DNA of 64,000 nt from Pseudolysinimonas sp. (lineage in GTDB: Bacteria; Actinomycetota; Actinomycetes; Actinomycetales; Microbacteriaceae). The DNA is taken from contig DASTNC010000071.1 in NCBI GenBank assembly GCA_035721225.1, positions 821 to 64,820 on the forward strand, read 5' to 3'. Shown here one piece after another: positions 22,022 through 30,947 of the stretch; positions within the stretch are counted from its first letter, which is position 1; each line of letters opens with the position of its first letter. The translations under genes and the position numbers were made by a program. Under the pieces are notes generated by a model, which was not told where the DNA came from, ran no database searches, and saw only the letters and a list, made by a program, of their open reading frames with translations.

Positions 22022-23410
22022 ATGACCGACTCGCATGCAGACCCGTCCGCCTTTCCCGAGGGATTCCGGTGGGGCGTCGCGACGGCCGCGTACCAGATCG
22101 AGGGCGGCGCACGCGAGGGCGGGCGCGGCCCCAGCATTTGGGACACGTTCGCTCACACGCCCGGACTCACGCGAGACGGCGACACGGGCGATATCGCCTG
22201 CGATCACTTCCACCGGTGGGAGTCGGACCTCGACCTGCTCGCCAACCTGGGCGTGACGGACTACCGGATGTCGGTCTCGTGGTCGCGGCTGCAGCCGGCC
22301 GGGAGCGGTCCCCTGAATCCGGCGGCGGTCGAGTACTACGTGCGGATCCTGTCGGGCTTGCGCGATCGCGGCATCCGGCCGTTGGTCACGCTGTACCACT
22401 GGGACCTTCCCCAGCCGCTCGAGGACAAGGGTGGCTGGCCGCGACGCGCGACCGCCGAACGATTCGCCGACTACGCCGTCGCGGTGGTGGACGCTCTCGG
22501 GCATCTCACCGCCGATTGGGTGACTCTCAACGAAGCCTGGTGCAGCTCGTTCCTCGGCTACGGCAGCGGGGCGCACGCACCCGGCCGCAAGGACTACCGG
22601 GACGCGGTCGCGGCCGCGCACCACCTGAACCTCGCGCACGGCCTCGCGCTCGCCGGAATACGCCGGGCTCATCCGGCGGCCCGGGTCGGGATCGCCCACA
22701 TCGTGACAGATGTGCTGCCGGGATCGGATTCGCCAGCGGATCGAGCGGCGGCCGATCGCCTGGACGCGGTCAGCAACCGGGTCTTCCTCGACCCGCTCGC
22801 GCTGGGCCGCTATTCCGATGAGGTGCGGGCGGCCCTCCTGCCGTTCGGCCTCGACCGGGTCGTCCGCGGTGGCGATCTGGAGCTGATCGGGGCTCCGATC
22901 GACTTTCTCGGCGTGAACCATTACCAGCGCATCATCGCCCGCGACGCACCAGACGCCGCGCCGTTCGGGGTCGCCGAACGCGCAGCCGAGCCTGCGTCGA
23001 CGTCGTTCGGGTGGTCGGTCATTCCCGAATCGCTCACCGCCGTGCTGATCAGAGTGCAGCGCGAGTTCGGCGACCTGCCTCTCCTCGTGACCGAGAACGG
23101 CGCGAGCTTCGACGATGTCGTGGGCCCCGACGGCGAGGTCGACGACCACGAACGCGTCGCCTATCTGGACGGTTACCTTGCCGCGGCAGCCTGGGCGATC
23201 GCGTTCGGCGTCAACCTGCGCGGCTACTACGCCTGGTCGTTCCTCGATAACTTCGAGTGGGCGGAGGGCTACAGCAAGCGGTTCGGCATCGTCTTCGTCG
23301 ACTATGCGACGCAGGCGCGCATCCTCAAGCGGAGCGCGCATTGGTATCGGCGCCTCATCTCCGATCACACAGACCTCGTGCGCACAGAACAGAGCACGAG
23401 CACCCGGTAA
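22022..23410 (+). CDS. GH1 beta-glucosidase
   Basis: FRWGVATAAYQIEG, TLYHWDLPQ, TLNE, VTENG, DNFEWAEGY. Confidence 0.95.
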   Translation: MTDSHADPSAFPEGFRWGVATAAYQIEGGAREGGRGPSIWDTFAHTPGLTRDGDTGDIACDHFHRWESDLDLLANLGVTDYRMSVSWSRLQPAGSGPLNPAAVEYYVRILSGLRDRGIRPLVTLYHWDLPQPLEDKGGWPRRATAERFADYAVAVVDALGHLTADWVTLNEAWCSSFLGYGSGAHAPGRKDYRDAVAAAHHLNLAHGLALAGIRRAHPAARVGIAHIVTDVLPGSDSPADRAAADRLDAVSNRVFLDPLALGRYSDEVRAALLPFGLDRVVRGGDLELIGAPIDFLGVNHYQRIIARDAPDAAPFGVAERAAEPASTSFGWSVIPESLTAVLIRVQREFGDLPLLVTENGASFDDVVGPDGEVDDHERVAYLDGYLAAAAWAIAFGVNLRGYYAWSFLDNFEWAEGYSKRFGIVFVDYATQARILKRSAHWYRRLISDHTDLVRTEQSTSTR

Positions 23411-23487
23411 CACACAGAGGATCTCCCGCCGGAACGGAAGATCCCCAAGTCTCCGTATCCCTAGCATCGAGAAAAGGAAACTCAACG

Positions 23488-24738
23488 ATGAGAATATCCA
23501 AGAAGGTCCTCGCGCCCGTCGCGGCGATCGGTTTGGCCGTCGCCCTCGTGGCGTGCAGTGGCAATGCCTCCCCCAGTTCGACGAAGGACGCGAGCGGCCC
23601 GCTCACGGTCTGGGTGATGGGCGACTCGAGCAAGAACTTCGAGAAGCTGATCGCGCCGTTCGTGAAGTCGAGCGGTCAGAAGGTGGATGTCGTCGCCATC
23701 CCATGGGACAGCATCGATCAGAAGCTCACGACGTCGGTGGCTTCCGGCACCGGACCGGATGTCGTCGAGATCGGTCTGAGCAAGCTGCGCACCTTCGCCG
23801 ACTCGGGGGCATTGCTCCCCCTCGACGGCAAGCTCGCGGCCTATCCGGATCTGGCCTCGTCGAAGTTCGCCGACGGGGTCGGAGGCGCCGCCACCGCGGT
23901 GAACGGGAAGATCGTCAGCGTCCCGTGGGTCAGCGACACGCGGGTGCTCTTCTACCGTTCCGACATTCTCGCGGCCAGCGGCATCGACAAGCCGCCAGCC
24001 ACCTGGGACGAGCTCAGGGCCGACGCGAAGACCCTCGCCGAACGCGGAGCGGGCAAGTACGGCTACTACATCCCGCAATGGGACAACGCGCTCCCGGTCG
24101 AGATGACCTGGGACTTCGGCGGTGACGTCGTCAACTCGAAGGGCGAGCTCGACTTCGACACCTCGGCCTTCCACAAGGCGGTCGATCTGTACACGGGTCT
24201 CTATGCCGACAAGAGCGTGCCGACAAACTCGGACTTCGACCAGACGCAGGGCTTCGTGTCCGGTGTCGCCCCGATGCTGGTCAGCGGCCCGTATCTCGCG
24301 GCTTCGATCAACGCGGCGGCCCCTGACCTGGCGGGCAAGTGGAACGTCACCACGCTGCCGTCCGCCAAGAAGGGCACCTCGCTGTTCGCCGGCTCGAACC
24401 TCGGGATCTTCAAGAACTCGAAGCACCAGACCGGATCGCTGAAGCTGCTCGACTACCTCGCGAAGCCCAGCACTCAGTTGAACTGGTACAAGATCAACGG
24501 CACCCTGCCGACGGTCAAGGCGGCCCTGAACGACCCGTCGTTCACGTCCGACCCGCTGGTGAAGGTCTACACGAAGCAGCTCGCCGACGCGAAGGTCATC
24601 CCTCTGGTCTCCAACTGGGATGGCGGGGTCGGGGCGAACCTGCTCAAGGCCCTGAACTCGATCGCGCTCACCAACGCCGATCCGTCCAGCACATTGAGCG
24701 CGTTCTACGCCTCGACCGCGGGACTGACCGTCAAGTAG
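23488..24738 (+). CDS. Sugar ABC transporter substrate-binding lipoprotein
   Basis: ATG after AAAGGA; lipobox LVAC; GPDVVEIG; VPWVSDTRVLFYR. Confidence 0.92.
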   Translation: MRISKKVLAPVAAIGLAVALVACSGNASPSSTKDASGPLTVWVMGDSSKNFEKLIAPFVKSSGQKVDVVAIPWDSIDQKLTTSVASGTGPDVVEIGLSKLRTFADSGALLPLDGKLAAYPDLASSKFADGVGGAATAVNGKIVSVPWVSDTRVLFYRSDILAASGIDKPPATWDELRADAKTLAERGAGKYGYYIPQWDNALPVEMTWDFGGDVVNSKGELDFDTSAFHKAVDLYTGLYADKSVPTNSDFDQTQGFVSGVAPMLVSGPYLAASINAAAPDLAGKWNVTTLPSAKKGTSLFAGSNLGIFKNSKHQTGSLKLLDYLAKPSTQLNWYKINGTLPTVKAALNDPSFTSDPLVKVYTKQLADAKVIPLVSNWDGGVGANLLKALNSIALTNADPSSTLSAFYASTAGLTVK

Positions 24739-24741
24739 ACG

Positions 24742-24776
24742 TGCGGTGGGTCGCTTCCTGAAAGCGACCCACCGCA
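24742..24776 (+). terminator. Intercistronic stem-loop after the SBP gene (partial terminator or mRNA stabiliser)
   Basis: TGCGGTGGGTCGCTT-cctga-AAGCGACCCACCGCA, 15-bp stem. Confidence 0.7.
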
Positions 24777-24795
24777 TCCCTCTCGAAGGATCATC

Positions 24796-25743
24796 ATGGC
24801 TGTCTCTCAGATCACCGGCGAGGTGATCGTGCGCCCGGTGCGCGACGCGCGGACGGCGCGCACGCGACAGGGCCGCATCGTGCCCTACCTCTTCATCTCG
24901 CCCGCGATGCTGCTGCTTCTCGCCTTCGGGGTGTTCCCGATCCTGGTTGCGGCCGTGGTGAGTCTCACCGACATGAACATCTCGGGGCTGGGGGACTGGA
25001 GCAACGTCAAGTTCATCGGGATCGGCAACTACTCCAAGCTGTTCGCCGATCCGAGCTTCTGGCAGGCGCTCGGCAACACGGCGTTCTTCGCTCTGATCGG
25101 GGTGCCTTCCGTCGTTCTGGTGTCGCTCGCGGTGGCCCTGCTGCTCAACAGGAGCGGCAACCGATTCTTCCGCGCGCTCCGCGCCTTCTACTTCGTTCCG
25201 GCCATCACCGCGATCGTTGCGATCTCGCTGATCTGGGGCTACCTCTACAACACGCAGTTCGGGTTGCTCAACTGGCTTCTCTCGCTCGTCCACATCCCGC
25301 AGGTGCAGTGGCTGTCCGACCCGATCCTTGCCAAGTTCTCGGTCGCGCTCGTCGCCATCTGGCGCGGGACCGGCCTGAACATCATCATCTTCCTCGCCGC
25401 GCTGCAGGGGGTGCCGAAGGAGTACCTCGAGGCAGCGGCTCTCGATGGAGCGGGCGGTTGGCGCACGACGCGATCGATCGTCATTCCGCTCCTGCGATTC
25501 GCGATCTTCTTCGTCACCGTGACGACCGTGATCTCTTGGCTGCAGTTCTTCGACGAGGCCTACGTGCTCACCAACGGCGGTCCCCTGGGGGCGACGACCT
25601 CGATCTCGATCTTTCTGTACCAACAGGGCTTCCAGCAGAGCCAGTTCGGCTATGCCAGCGCGGGGTCGCTCATCCTTTTCGTCATCATCGCGATCGTGAC
25701 CATCGCGCAACTCCGGGCGAGAAGAGCCGACGATGACAACTGA
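24796..25743 (+). CDS. Sugar ABC transporter permease
   Basis: EAAALDGA, QFFDE.YVLT.GGP. Confidence 0.92.
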   Translation: MAVSQITGEVIVRPVRDARTARTRQGRIVPYLFISPAMLLLLAFGVFPILVAAVVSLTDMNISGLGDWSNVKFIGIGNYSKLFADPSFWQALGNTAFFALIGVPSVVLVSLAVALLLNRSGNRFFRALRAFYFVPAITAIVAISLIWGYLYNTQFGLLNWLLSLVHIPQVQWLSDPILAKFSVALVAIWRGTGLNIIIFLAALQGVPKEYLEAAALDGAGGWRTTRSIVIPLLRFAIFFVTVTTVISWLQFFDEAYVLTNGGPLGATTSISIFLYQQGFQQSQFGYASAGSLILFVIIAIVTIAQLRARRADDDN

Positions 25744-26590
25744 CACGCACGTGCTGCGGCCGCGGCCCGTCCGCGCGAGCGGGCGGCGCCTTACCGCCCT
25801 GATCGGTGCCGCGCTCGCCGTCGGTGCGATCGTCACCGCGTTCCCGTTCATCTGGATGCTGGGCACGTCGATCAAGCCGCAGGCGGAGTCGCTCAACTAC
25901 CCGCCGACGCTGTTTCCCCTGAAGCCGACGCTCCAGTACTTCCAGACTCTCTTCACCGACTTGGACTTCGGTCAGTACCTCGCCAACACCGTGATCGTGG
26001 TCCTCATCGGAGGAGTCGGGATCCTGCTGATGGCGATGGCCGGCTACGCCTTCGCCAAGTTCGACTTCCGCGGCAAGCAATGGATGTTCTTCCTGGTGCT
26101 GGCCACCATGATGATCCCGGTCCAGGTGACGATGATCCCGACCTACCTCATCTTGAACGGGATGAAGCTGACGAACACCCTGCTCGGGATCGCTCTCCCG
26201 ACGCTGGTCAGCGGGTTCAGCATCTTCCTGTTCCGGCAGTTCATGAGCACGATCCCGACCGAGATGCTCGAAGCCGCGCGGATCGACGGGGCCGGGGAGT
26301 TCCGCACGTTCCTGCTCATCGTGCTGCCGCTGTCCAAGCCGATCCTGGCCGTGCAGGCGGTCCTGACTTTCATCGCGGGGTGGAACAGCTTCCTCTGGCC
26401 TCTCGTCATCGCCAACGACCAGCATCTCTACACGCTCTCGGTCGGGCTCTCACTGCTCAACAAGGAGATCGCTGTGAATCCCTCTCTGCAAATGGCGGCG
26501 GCTTCGGTGATGGTCGTCCCGATCCTCATCGTGTTCATCGTCTTCCAGCGCTATGTCATTCAGGGCTTCGCCTTGTCGGGGCTGAAATGA
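25733..26590 (+). CDS. Sugar ABC transporter permease
   Basis: EAARIDGAGE, WNSFLWPL. Confidence 0.92.
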   Translation: MTTDTHVLRPRPVRASGRRLTALIGAALAVGAIVTAFPFIWMLGTSIKPQAESLNYPPTLFPLKPTLQYFQTLFTDLDFGQYLANTVIVVLIGGVGILLMAMAGYAFAKFDFRGKQWMFFLVLATMMIPVQVTMIPTYLILNGMKLTNTLLGIALPTLVSGFSIFLFRQFMSTIPTEMLEAARIDGAGEFRTFLLIVLPLSKPILAVQAVLTFIAGWNSFLWPLVIANDQHLYTLSVGLSLLNKEIAVNPSLQMAAASVMVVPILIVFIVFQRYVIQGFALSGLK

Positions 26591-28113
26591 GAGCCTCGTT
26601 CGACGGTTACGTCCGCGCCCAGGACGCGCATCTTGTCGACGGCGGCGGCAGGCGACTGCTGCTGCGGGGCGTGGGTCTCGGCAACTGGCTGCTGCCCGAG
26701 GGGTACATGTGGCGCTTCGGTGAAGGGGCCGAGTCGCCGCGTCAGATCGAGGCTCTGGTCGAACGATTGCTCGGACCTGGTGAGGCTGCGTCGTTCTGGG
26801 AGCGATTCCGCGACGGATTCATCACCGAGGCCGACATCGCGTCGATCGCGGGGAGCGGATTCGATCACGTCCGCCTCCCGATCAACTCCCGCGTCATTCA
26901 GGACGACGACGGCGAGCCGATCGAGGCCGGCTACCTGCTGATCGACCGCCTCATCGAGTGGTGCAGGACCCACGGTCTGTGGGTGCTGCTCGACCTGCAC
27001 GGCGCGCCCGGTGGCCAGACCGGGACGAACATCGATGACTCGCCCCGGGGCCTCCCCGAACTCTTCATGAACGACCGCTACCGCGAGCTGACGGTCCGGC
27101 TCTGGAGGGATCTCGCCGCGCGCTACGGGGGTGAGACCGTCGTGCTGGGCTATGACCTGCTGAACGAGCCCATTCCGAACGAGTGGCAAGACGTTTACGG
27201 AACCGATCTCGCAGCCCTGTACCGTGAGCTCACCACGGTGATCCGGGCGGTCGATCCTGACCACTTGATCATGTACGAGGGATCGCACTGGGCCACGAAC
27301 TGGAGCATCTTCACCGAGGTGTGGGACGAGAACTGCTGCCTGCAATTCCACAAGTACTGGTCGTCGCCGGATGCGGAGAGCATCGCGACCTTCCTCGAGG
27401 CACGCGACCGCCTGGGACTCCCGATCTACATGGGCGAGGGCGGCGAGAACACCTTGGAGTGGATCTATGCCGCCTTCCGGATGTATGAGGCGCACGACAT
27501 CGGCTGGAACCTCTGGACCTGGAAGAAGATCGCGACCGTCACCTCTCCAGTTTCGATCGTGGCACCGGACGGCTGGGAGAAGGTGATCGCGAGCATCGAC
27601 GATCCACGGGCCATCACTCACGATGAGGCTGCCCGCGTCTTCGACGACCTCCTGGCCGCGGTCCGCATCGAGAACGCCGTTGCCCGGCCCGGCGTGATCG
27701 CGGCGGCGCTCGGGACGCGGCCCGCCGTCATCCCGGCGTGGGGATACGGCTATCGCGGCGCCGGACAGTCGTATTCCGTGCGCGGCGGGCGACCCCTTCC
27801 CGGTGTGCGTGAGGATGAAGCGGTTTCGATCGCCTGGCGGAACCCGGGCGAGAACCCGGCGAACCCTTTCGAGCAGTCCGATGGCCGTGCCTATCGTCCC
27901 GCGGAGGAGTTGGTGGTGCACCTCGAGCCGGGCGACTGGCTCGAATACGAGCTGACCGCAGGCGCAGAGCACCTGCAGGCCATCGACGCGAAAGGCGAGA
28001 ACGCGCCCGTAGAGATTACCGCGTCGGAGCGAGGGCTTCGCGTCACGGCGACGGCTCCAACTTCCCTGCTCCGACTTCGCCCGGCCGAGCCTTCACAGGG
28101 AGGCTCGGCTTGA
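26587..28113 (+). CDS. Cytoplasmic GH5 glycoside hydrolase
   Basis: ATGA overlap; LRGVGLGNWLLPEGYM, DHVRLP, LDLHGAPGGQ, YDLLNEP, FHKYW, YMGEGG; no signal peptide. Confidence 0.9.
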   Translation: MRASFDGYVRAQDAHLVDGGGRRLLLRGVGLGNWLLPEGYMWRFGEGAESPRQIEALVERLLGPGEAASFWERFRDGFITEADIASIAGSGFDHVRLPINSRVIQDDDGEPIEAGYLLIDRLIEWCRTHGLWVLLDLHGAPGGQTGTNIDDSPRGLPELFMNDRYRELTVRLWRDLAARYGGETVVLGYDLLNEPIPNEWQDVYGTDLAALYRELTTVIRAVDPDHLIMYEGSHWATNWSIFTEVWDENCCLQFHKYWSSPDAESIATFLEARDRLGLPIYMGEGGENTLEWIYAAFRMYEAHDIGWNLWTWKKIATVTSPVSIVAPDGWEKVIASIDDPRAITHDEAARVFDDLLAAVRIENAVARPGVIAAALGTRPAVIPAWGYGYRGAGQSYSVRGGRPLPGVREDEAVSIAWRNPGENPANPFEQSDGRAYRPAEELVVHLEPGDWLEYELTAGAEHLQAIDAKGENAPVEITASERGLRVTATAPTSLLRLRPAEPSQGGSA

Positions 28114-28127
28114 TAGGTTCTCGGAAC

Positions 28128-29378
28128 ATGACGGGTCTCGCTGCATCGACCAGCACGGGAAACGGTGGACTCGGCCCGGCGACGGTCAGCGACGTTCGGC
28201 AGCGCAACCGTCGACAGGCGTTGCGCAGCATCATCCTGGCGGGACAGACCTCACGTGCGGCGCTCGCGAAGGAGTCTGGGCTCTCGATCGGCTCGGTGAC
28301 GAACCTGGTGACCGAGCTCATCGCCGAGGGTCTCGTCATGGAAGCCGGAGTGGTCGCCTCGCGAGGCGGCCGGCCGGTCAACATACTGGCGCCCAACCCT
28401 TCTGGCGCGTACCTTCTCGGGGCCGACGTCGGCGAGCGAGGGGTAGCGGTCGAGTTGTTCGACCTGGCGATGAACCGTGTCGACCGGGAGTTCCGCGGAG
28501 GACACGAGGGCGAGAATCTTGCAGGCATCACAGCCGATCTTCAGGGTGCGATCGAGACACTCCGCGAGCGCAACAGCGACGCCTGGGAGCACCTGGTCGG
28601 CATCGGTCTGGGTCTGCCGGGTCTCGTCGAGTCGGATGCGGCGGGTGGGCAGGTCCTTCATGCGCAGAGTCTGGGCTGGCCGGCTGTGGCGATCGCCGAC
28701 ATGGTCCCCGGCGACATCCCGGTATATGCCGAGAATGGGGCAAAGACCCTCGCGATGGCGGAGATGTGGAACGGTGCGGCCAAGGACGTCGACGAGGCGC
28801 TCGTGGTACTGCTCGGTCGGGGCGTCGGGCTGGGCATCGTCAGCGACGGGCAGCTGCGTCACGGATACGCCAGCAGCGCGGGCGAGTGGGGCCACCTGAA
28901 GATCGTCCGCAACGGCAAGCAGTGCCGTTGCGGAGGTCACGGTTGCGTCGAGGCCTACCTCGGCGCCGATGCCATCCTCGACTCCTGGCGCCAAGCCGGC
29001 GGGGCCTTCGAAGGCTCGGGATGGCGCGCCATCGGCGCGCTTCTCGACGCGGATCAGGCGGGCGACTCGATTGCCGTCGCGGTCGTGAATGATGTCGTCG
29101 AGACGCTGGGCTCAGCGCTCGGCGGTCTGGTCAACTTGACCAACCCCCATCGCGTGATCATCGGCGGCTGGGTCGGACTGCGCCTCATGGAAACGCTCGC
29201 TGCCCGGATCGAGTCGGCCACCCGGGCAGAGTCGCTCGATCGCCCCGGCAGCCAGTTCGAAATGGTCCCGTGCCGCTTCGGAGGCGACACCGTCGCGCTG
29301 GGCGCGGCCATGATGCCGCTCGGGGCCCTGCTTAGCGAGCCCCCGCTGGACAGCCGAAGCTCTCACACGTCCCGTTAG
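28128..29378 (+). CDS. ROK family transcriptional regulator
   Basis: HTH, GGRP, GVGLGIV, AGEWGH, CRCGGHGCVE. Confidence 0.92.
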   Translation: MTGLAASTSTGNGGLGPATVSDVRQRNRRQALRSIILAGQTSRAALAKESGLSIGSVTNLVTELIAEGLVMEAGVVASRGGRPVNILAPNPSGAYLLGADVGERGVAVELFDLAMNRVDREFRGGHEGENLAGITADLQGAIETLRERNSDAWEHLVGIGLGLPGLVESDAAGGQVLHAQSLGWPAVAIADMVPGDIPVYAENGAKTLAMAEMWNGAAKDVDEALVVLLGRGVGLGIVSDGQLRHGYASSAGEWGHLKIVRNGKQCRCGGHGCVEAYLGADAILDSWRQAGGAFEGSGWRAIGALLDADQAGDSIAVAVVNDVVETLGSALGGLVNLTNPHRVIIGGWVGLRLMETLAARIESATRAESLDRPGSQFEMVPCRFGGDTVALGAAMMPLGALLSEPPLDSRSSHTSR

Positions 29379-29718
29379 CCGGCCCGGGTTCATGAACGAC
29401 GGCTTGGGCGGGCGGTCATTTGAAACTCTTTCGCGCCGCTTGCGCCGAGAAGCCGCTGGCACAAAGGATCACCGAGTCGCAGAGGTTTCGTGGCCGAGCC
29501 GCCGTTCGGCAAGTCTGGATTGAAGGGTCTCGGGTGCGCGTCGTCCCGTTTCGGTCTACGACGAATCGCTGAACGAGTGGGCTACCGATCCGGCCGTTGG
29601 CTTGCCCGACTTGTAGCCCGCGACAATCCGCCCCATCAATCCATCGTCGAGTCTGCGTCGCATCGATCGCCCGTCCCGCCAACTACTTTCGGTGACCACG
29701 ACGCTGTGTCTGCTGCGC

Positions 29719-29889
29719 TGACAACGGCGTGACAACAAACGAGGCCTGCCGTACTGATTGAGAACGGGTCTGCCGTTCCCGGAAAAGCCCGGAAATGACG
29801 GCGGTCTTCAAACACGGCCTGTGGGAGCAACGATTTCAAATCCCACCGGTACCGCTCAGAAAAACCCCTGTCTGATCAGGGGTTTTTCT
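29719..29889 (+). repeat. att-like repeat, copy 2 (probable attR): TGACAAC x2, tRNA 3' fragment TTCAAATCCCACCGGTACCGC (29835-29855), terminator
   Basis: Same organisation as 18261-18430, with an identical hairpin AAAAACCCCTGTCTGATCAGGGGTTTTTCT. Confidence 0.85.
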
Positions 29890-30012
29890 GCTTTCCATGG
29901 GCGCAACCCGGCTGGATCAGATGTCACCCGACCGTGCGGCAGACCCGGAAGTTCGCCGTCGGGTGTGCCTCGGCCTCCGTCTTCCCGCACTAGCTACTGC
30001 TACTGCAGGGAC

Positions 30013-30054
30013 TATGAAACCTCATATGCTGAGGCCAATTATGAAACCTCATAT
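30013..30054. promoter_or_regulatory. Tandem 15-bp direct repeat TATGAAACCTCATAT, an orphan operator-like pair
   Basis: Exact copies at 30013-30027 and 30040-30054. Confidence 0.5.
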
Positions 30055-30135
30055 TCGGTCGCGTGTGGCGCGGAGGGCGTTCGTGTTCGCAACCGCTCGG
30101 GACTGCTGACGGTTGAGGTGACTCCTGATGCGGGG

Positions 30136-30870
30136 TCAGCTCGCCTGCGCAGCGCTCCACATCGTCACGTTGGTTGTCCGCACGCGACGGGGCTGCCGGA
30201 GCGTCTGAACGATGGAGCCCGCGACGTCTTCGGGCGTGAGCACATCCTCCAGCCAGGCCTCGCCCTCGCTGCGTCCGTGGCCGAAGGCGAACTCGGTGCT
30301 GACGGCGGCGGGGCAGATGGTGGTGACGCGGATCCCCGACTCGCGGAGTTCGCGGTCGATGGCACCGGCGAAGATGACTTGGGCGCCCTTGGTCCCTGCA
30401 TAGACGGCCTCGTCTGCGCCGCCGCGCAGTCCCGCGACGGAGCTGACAACGATGATGTCTCCGCCTCCGCCGGCGAGCAGTGCGGGGACGGCGGCGCGGA
30501 CTCCCCAGACGGTGCCGGTGAAGTTGGTGTCGATCATCTCTTTCATCTCGTCATCCGACCCGTCGACGATGCCGCCGTACATCCCGATGCCGGCGGATGC
30601 GACGAATGAGTCGAGCCTGCCGAATCGGGTCACCGCGAGGTCGACGAGTTCGACGCTGGTCGCGGGGTCGGAGATGTTGCCGGCGACCCAGGCGACCGAG
30701 TCAGACCCGAGTTCTGCCTCGAGCGCGTGGAGCCGCTCCGTGCGGCGTCCGGTCAGCACCACGCGTGCGCCGGCCTCGACGAGTTGGCGGGCGACGGCTC
30801 GACCGATTCCGGAGGTCGCGCCCGTGACGGCGACGACGGTATCGGTGAGCGACCTGGATTCTGCAGACAT
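30136..30870 (-). CDS. SDR oxidoreductase (polyol/sugar dehydrogenase-like)
   Basis: TGATSGIG, SSVAG, YAGTK catalytic motif. Confidence 0.9.
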   Translation of the reverse strand: MSAESRSLTDTVVAVTGATSGIGRAVARQLVEAGARVVLTGRRTERLHALEAELGSDSVAWVAGNISDPATSVELVDLAVTRFGRLDSFVASAGIGMYGGIVDGSDDEMKEMIDTNFTGTVWGVRAAVPALLAGGGGDIIVVSSVAGLRGGADEAVYAGTKGAQVIFAGAIDRELRESGIRVTTICPAAVSTEFAFGHGRSEGEAWLEDVLTPEDVAGSIVQTLRQPRRVRTTNVTMWSAAQAS

Positions 30871-30896
30871 GGTGGGCCTTCTGTTGTGAGCCGGGA

Positions 30897-30914
30897 TTGG
30901 CAAACGTTTGCCAA
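30897..30914. promoter_or_regulatory. LacI-type operator
   Basis: Perfect 18-bp palindrome TTGGCAAACGTTTGCCAA with central AACGTT, between the divergent SDR and LacI genes. Confidence 0.85.
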
Positions 30915-30947
30915 GAGGTAATGTAGCACCCCAGCTAACGCGAGGAC

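Larger units (their letters stand above)
18376..29889. mobile_element. Putative integrase-less genomic island (~11.5 kb) carrying the beta-glucan locus
   Basis: Bounded by two tRNA-3'-end cores 11,459 bp apart; no intact recombinase inside. Confidence 0.65.

Noticed and set aside
23482-25896. Long antisense ORFs (e.g. 804 aa here, 736 aa at 58440-60650, 537 aa at 40325-41938)
   Set aside because: Shadow frames of high-GC genes with no recognisable motifs, lying opposite well-supported CDSs
18261-29889. CRISPR array or structured ncRNA as the explanation for the ~170-bp repeats
   Set aside because: Only two copies 11.5 kb apart, with no spacers or cas genes; an att-site architecture explains the features better
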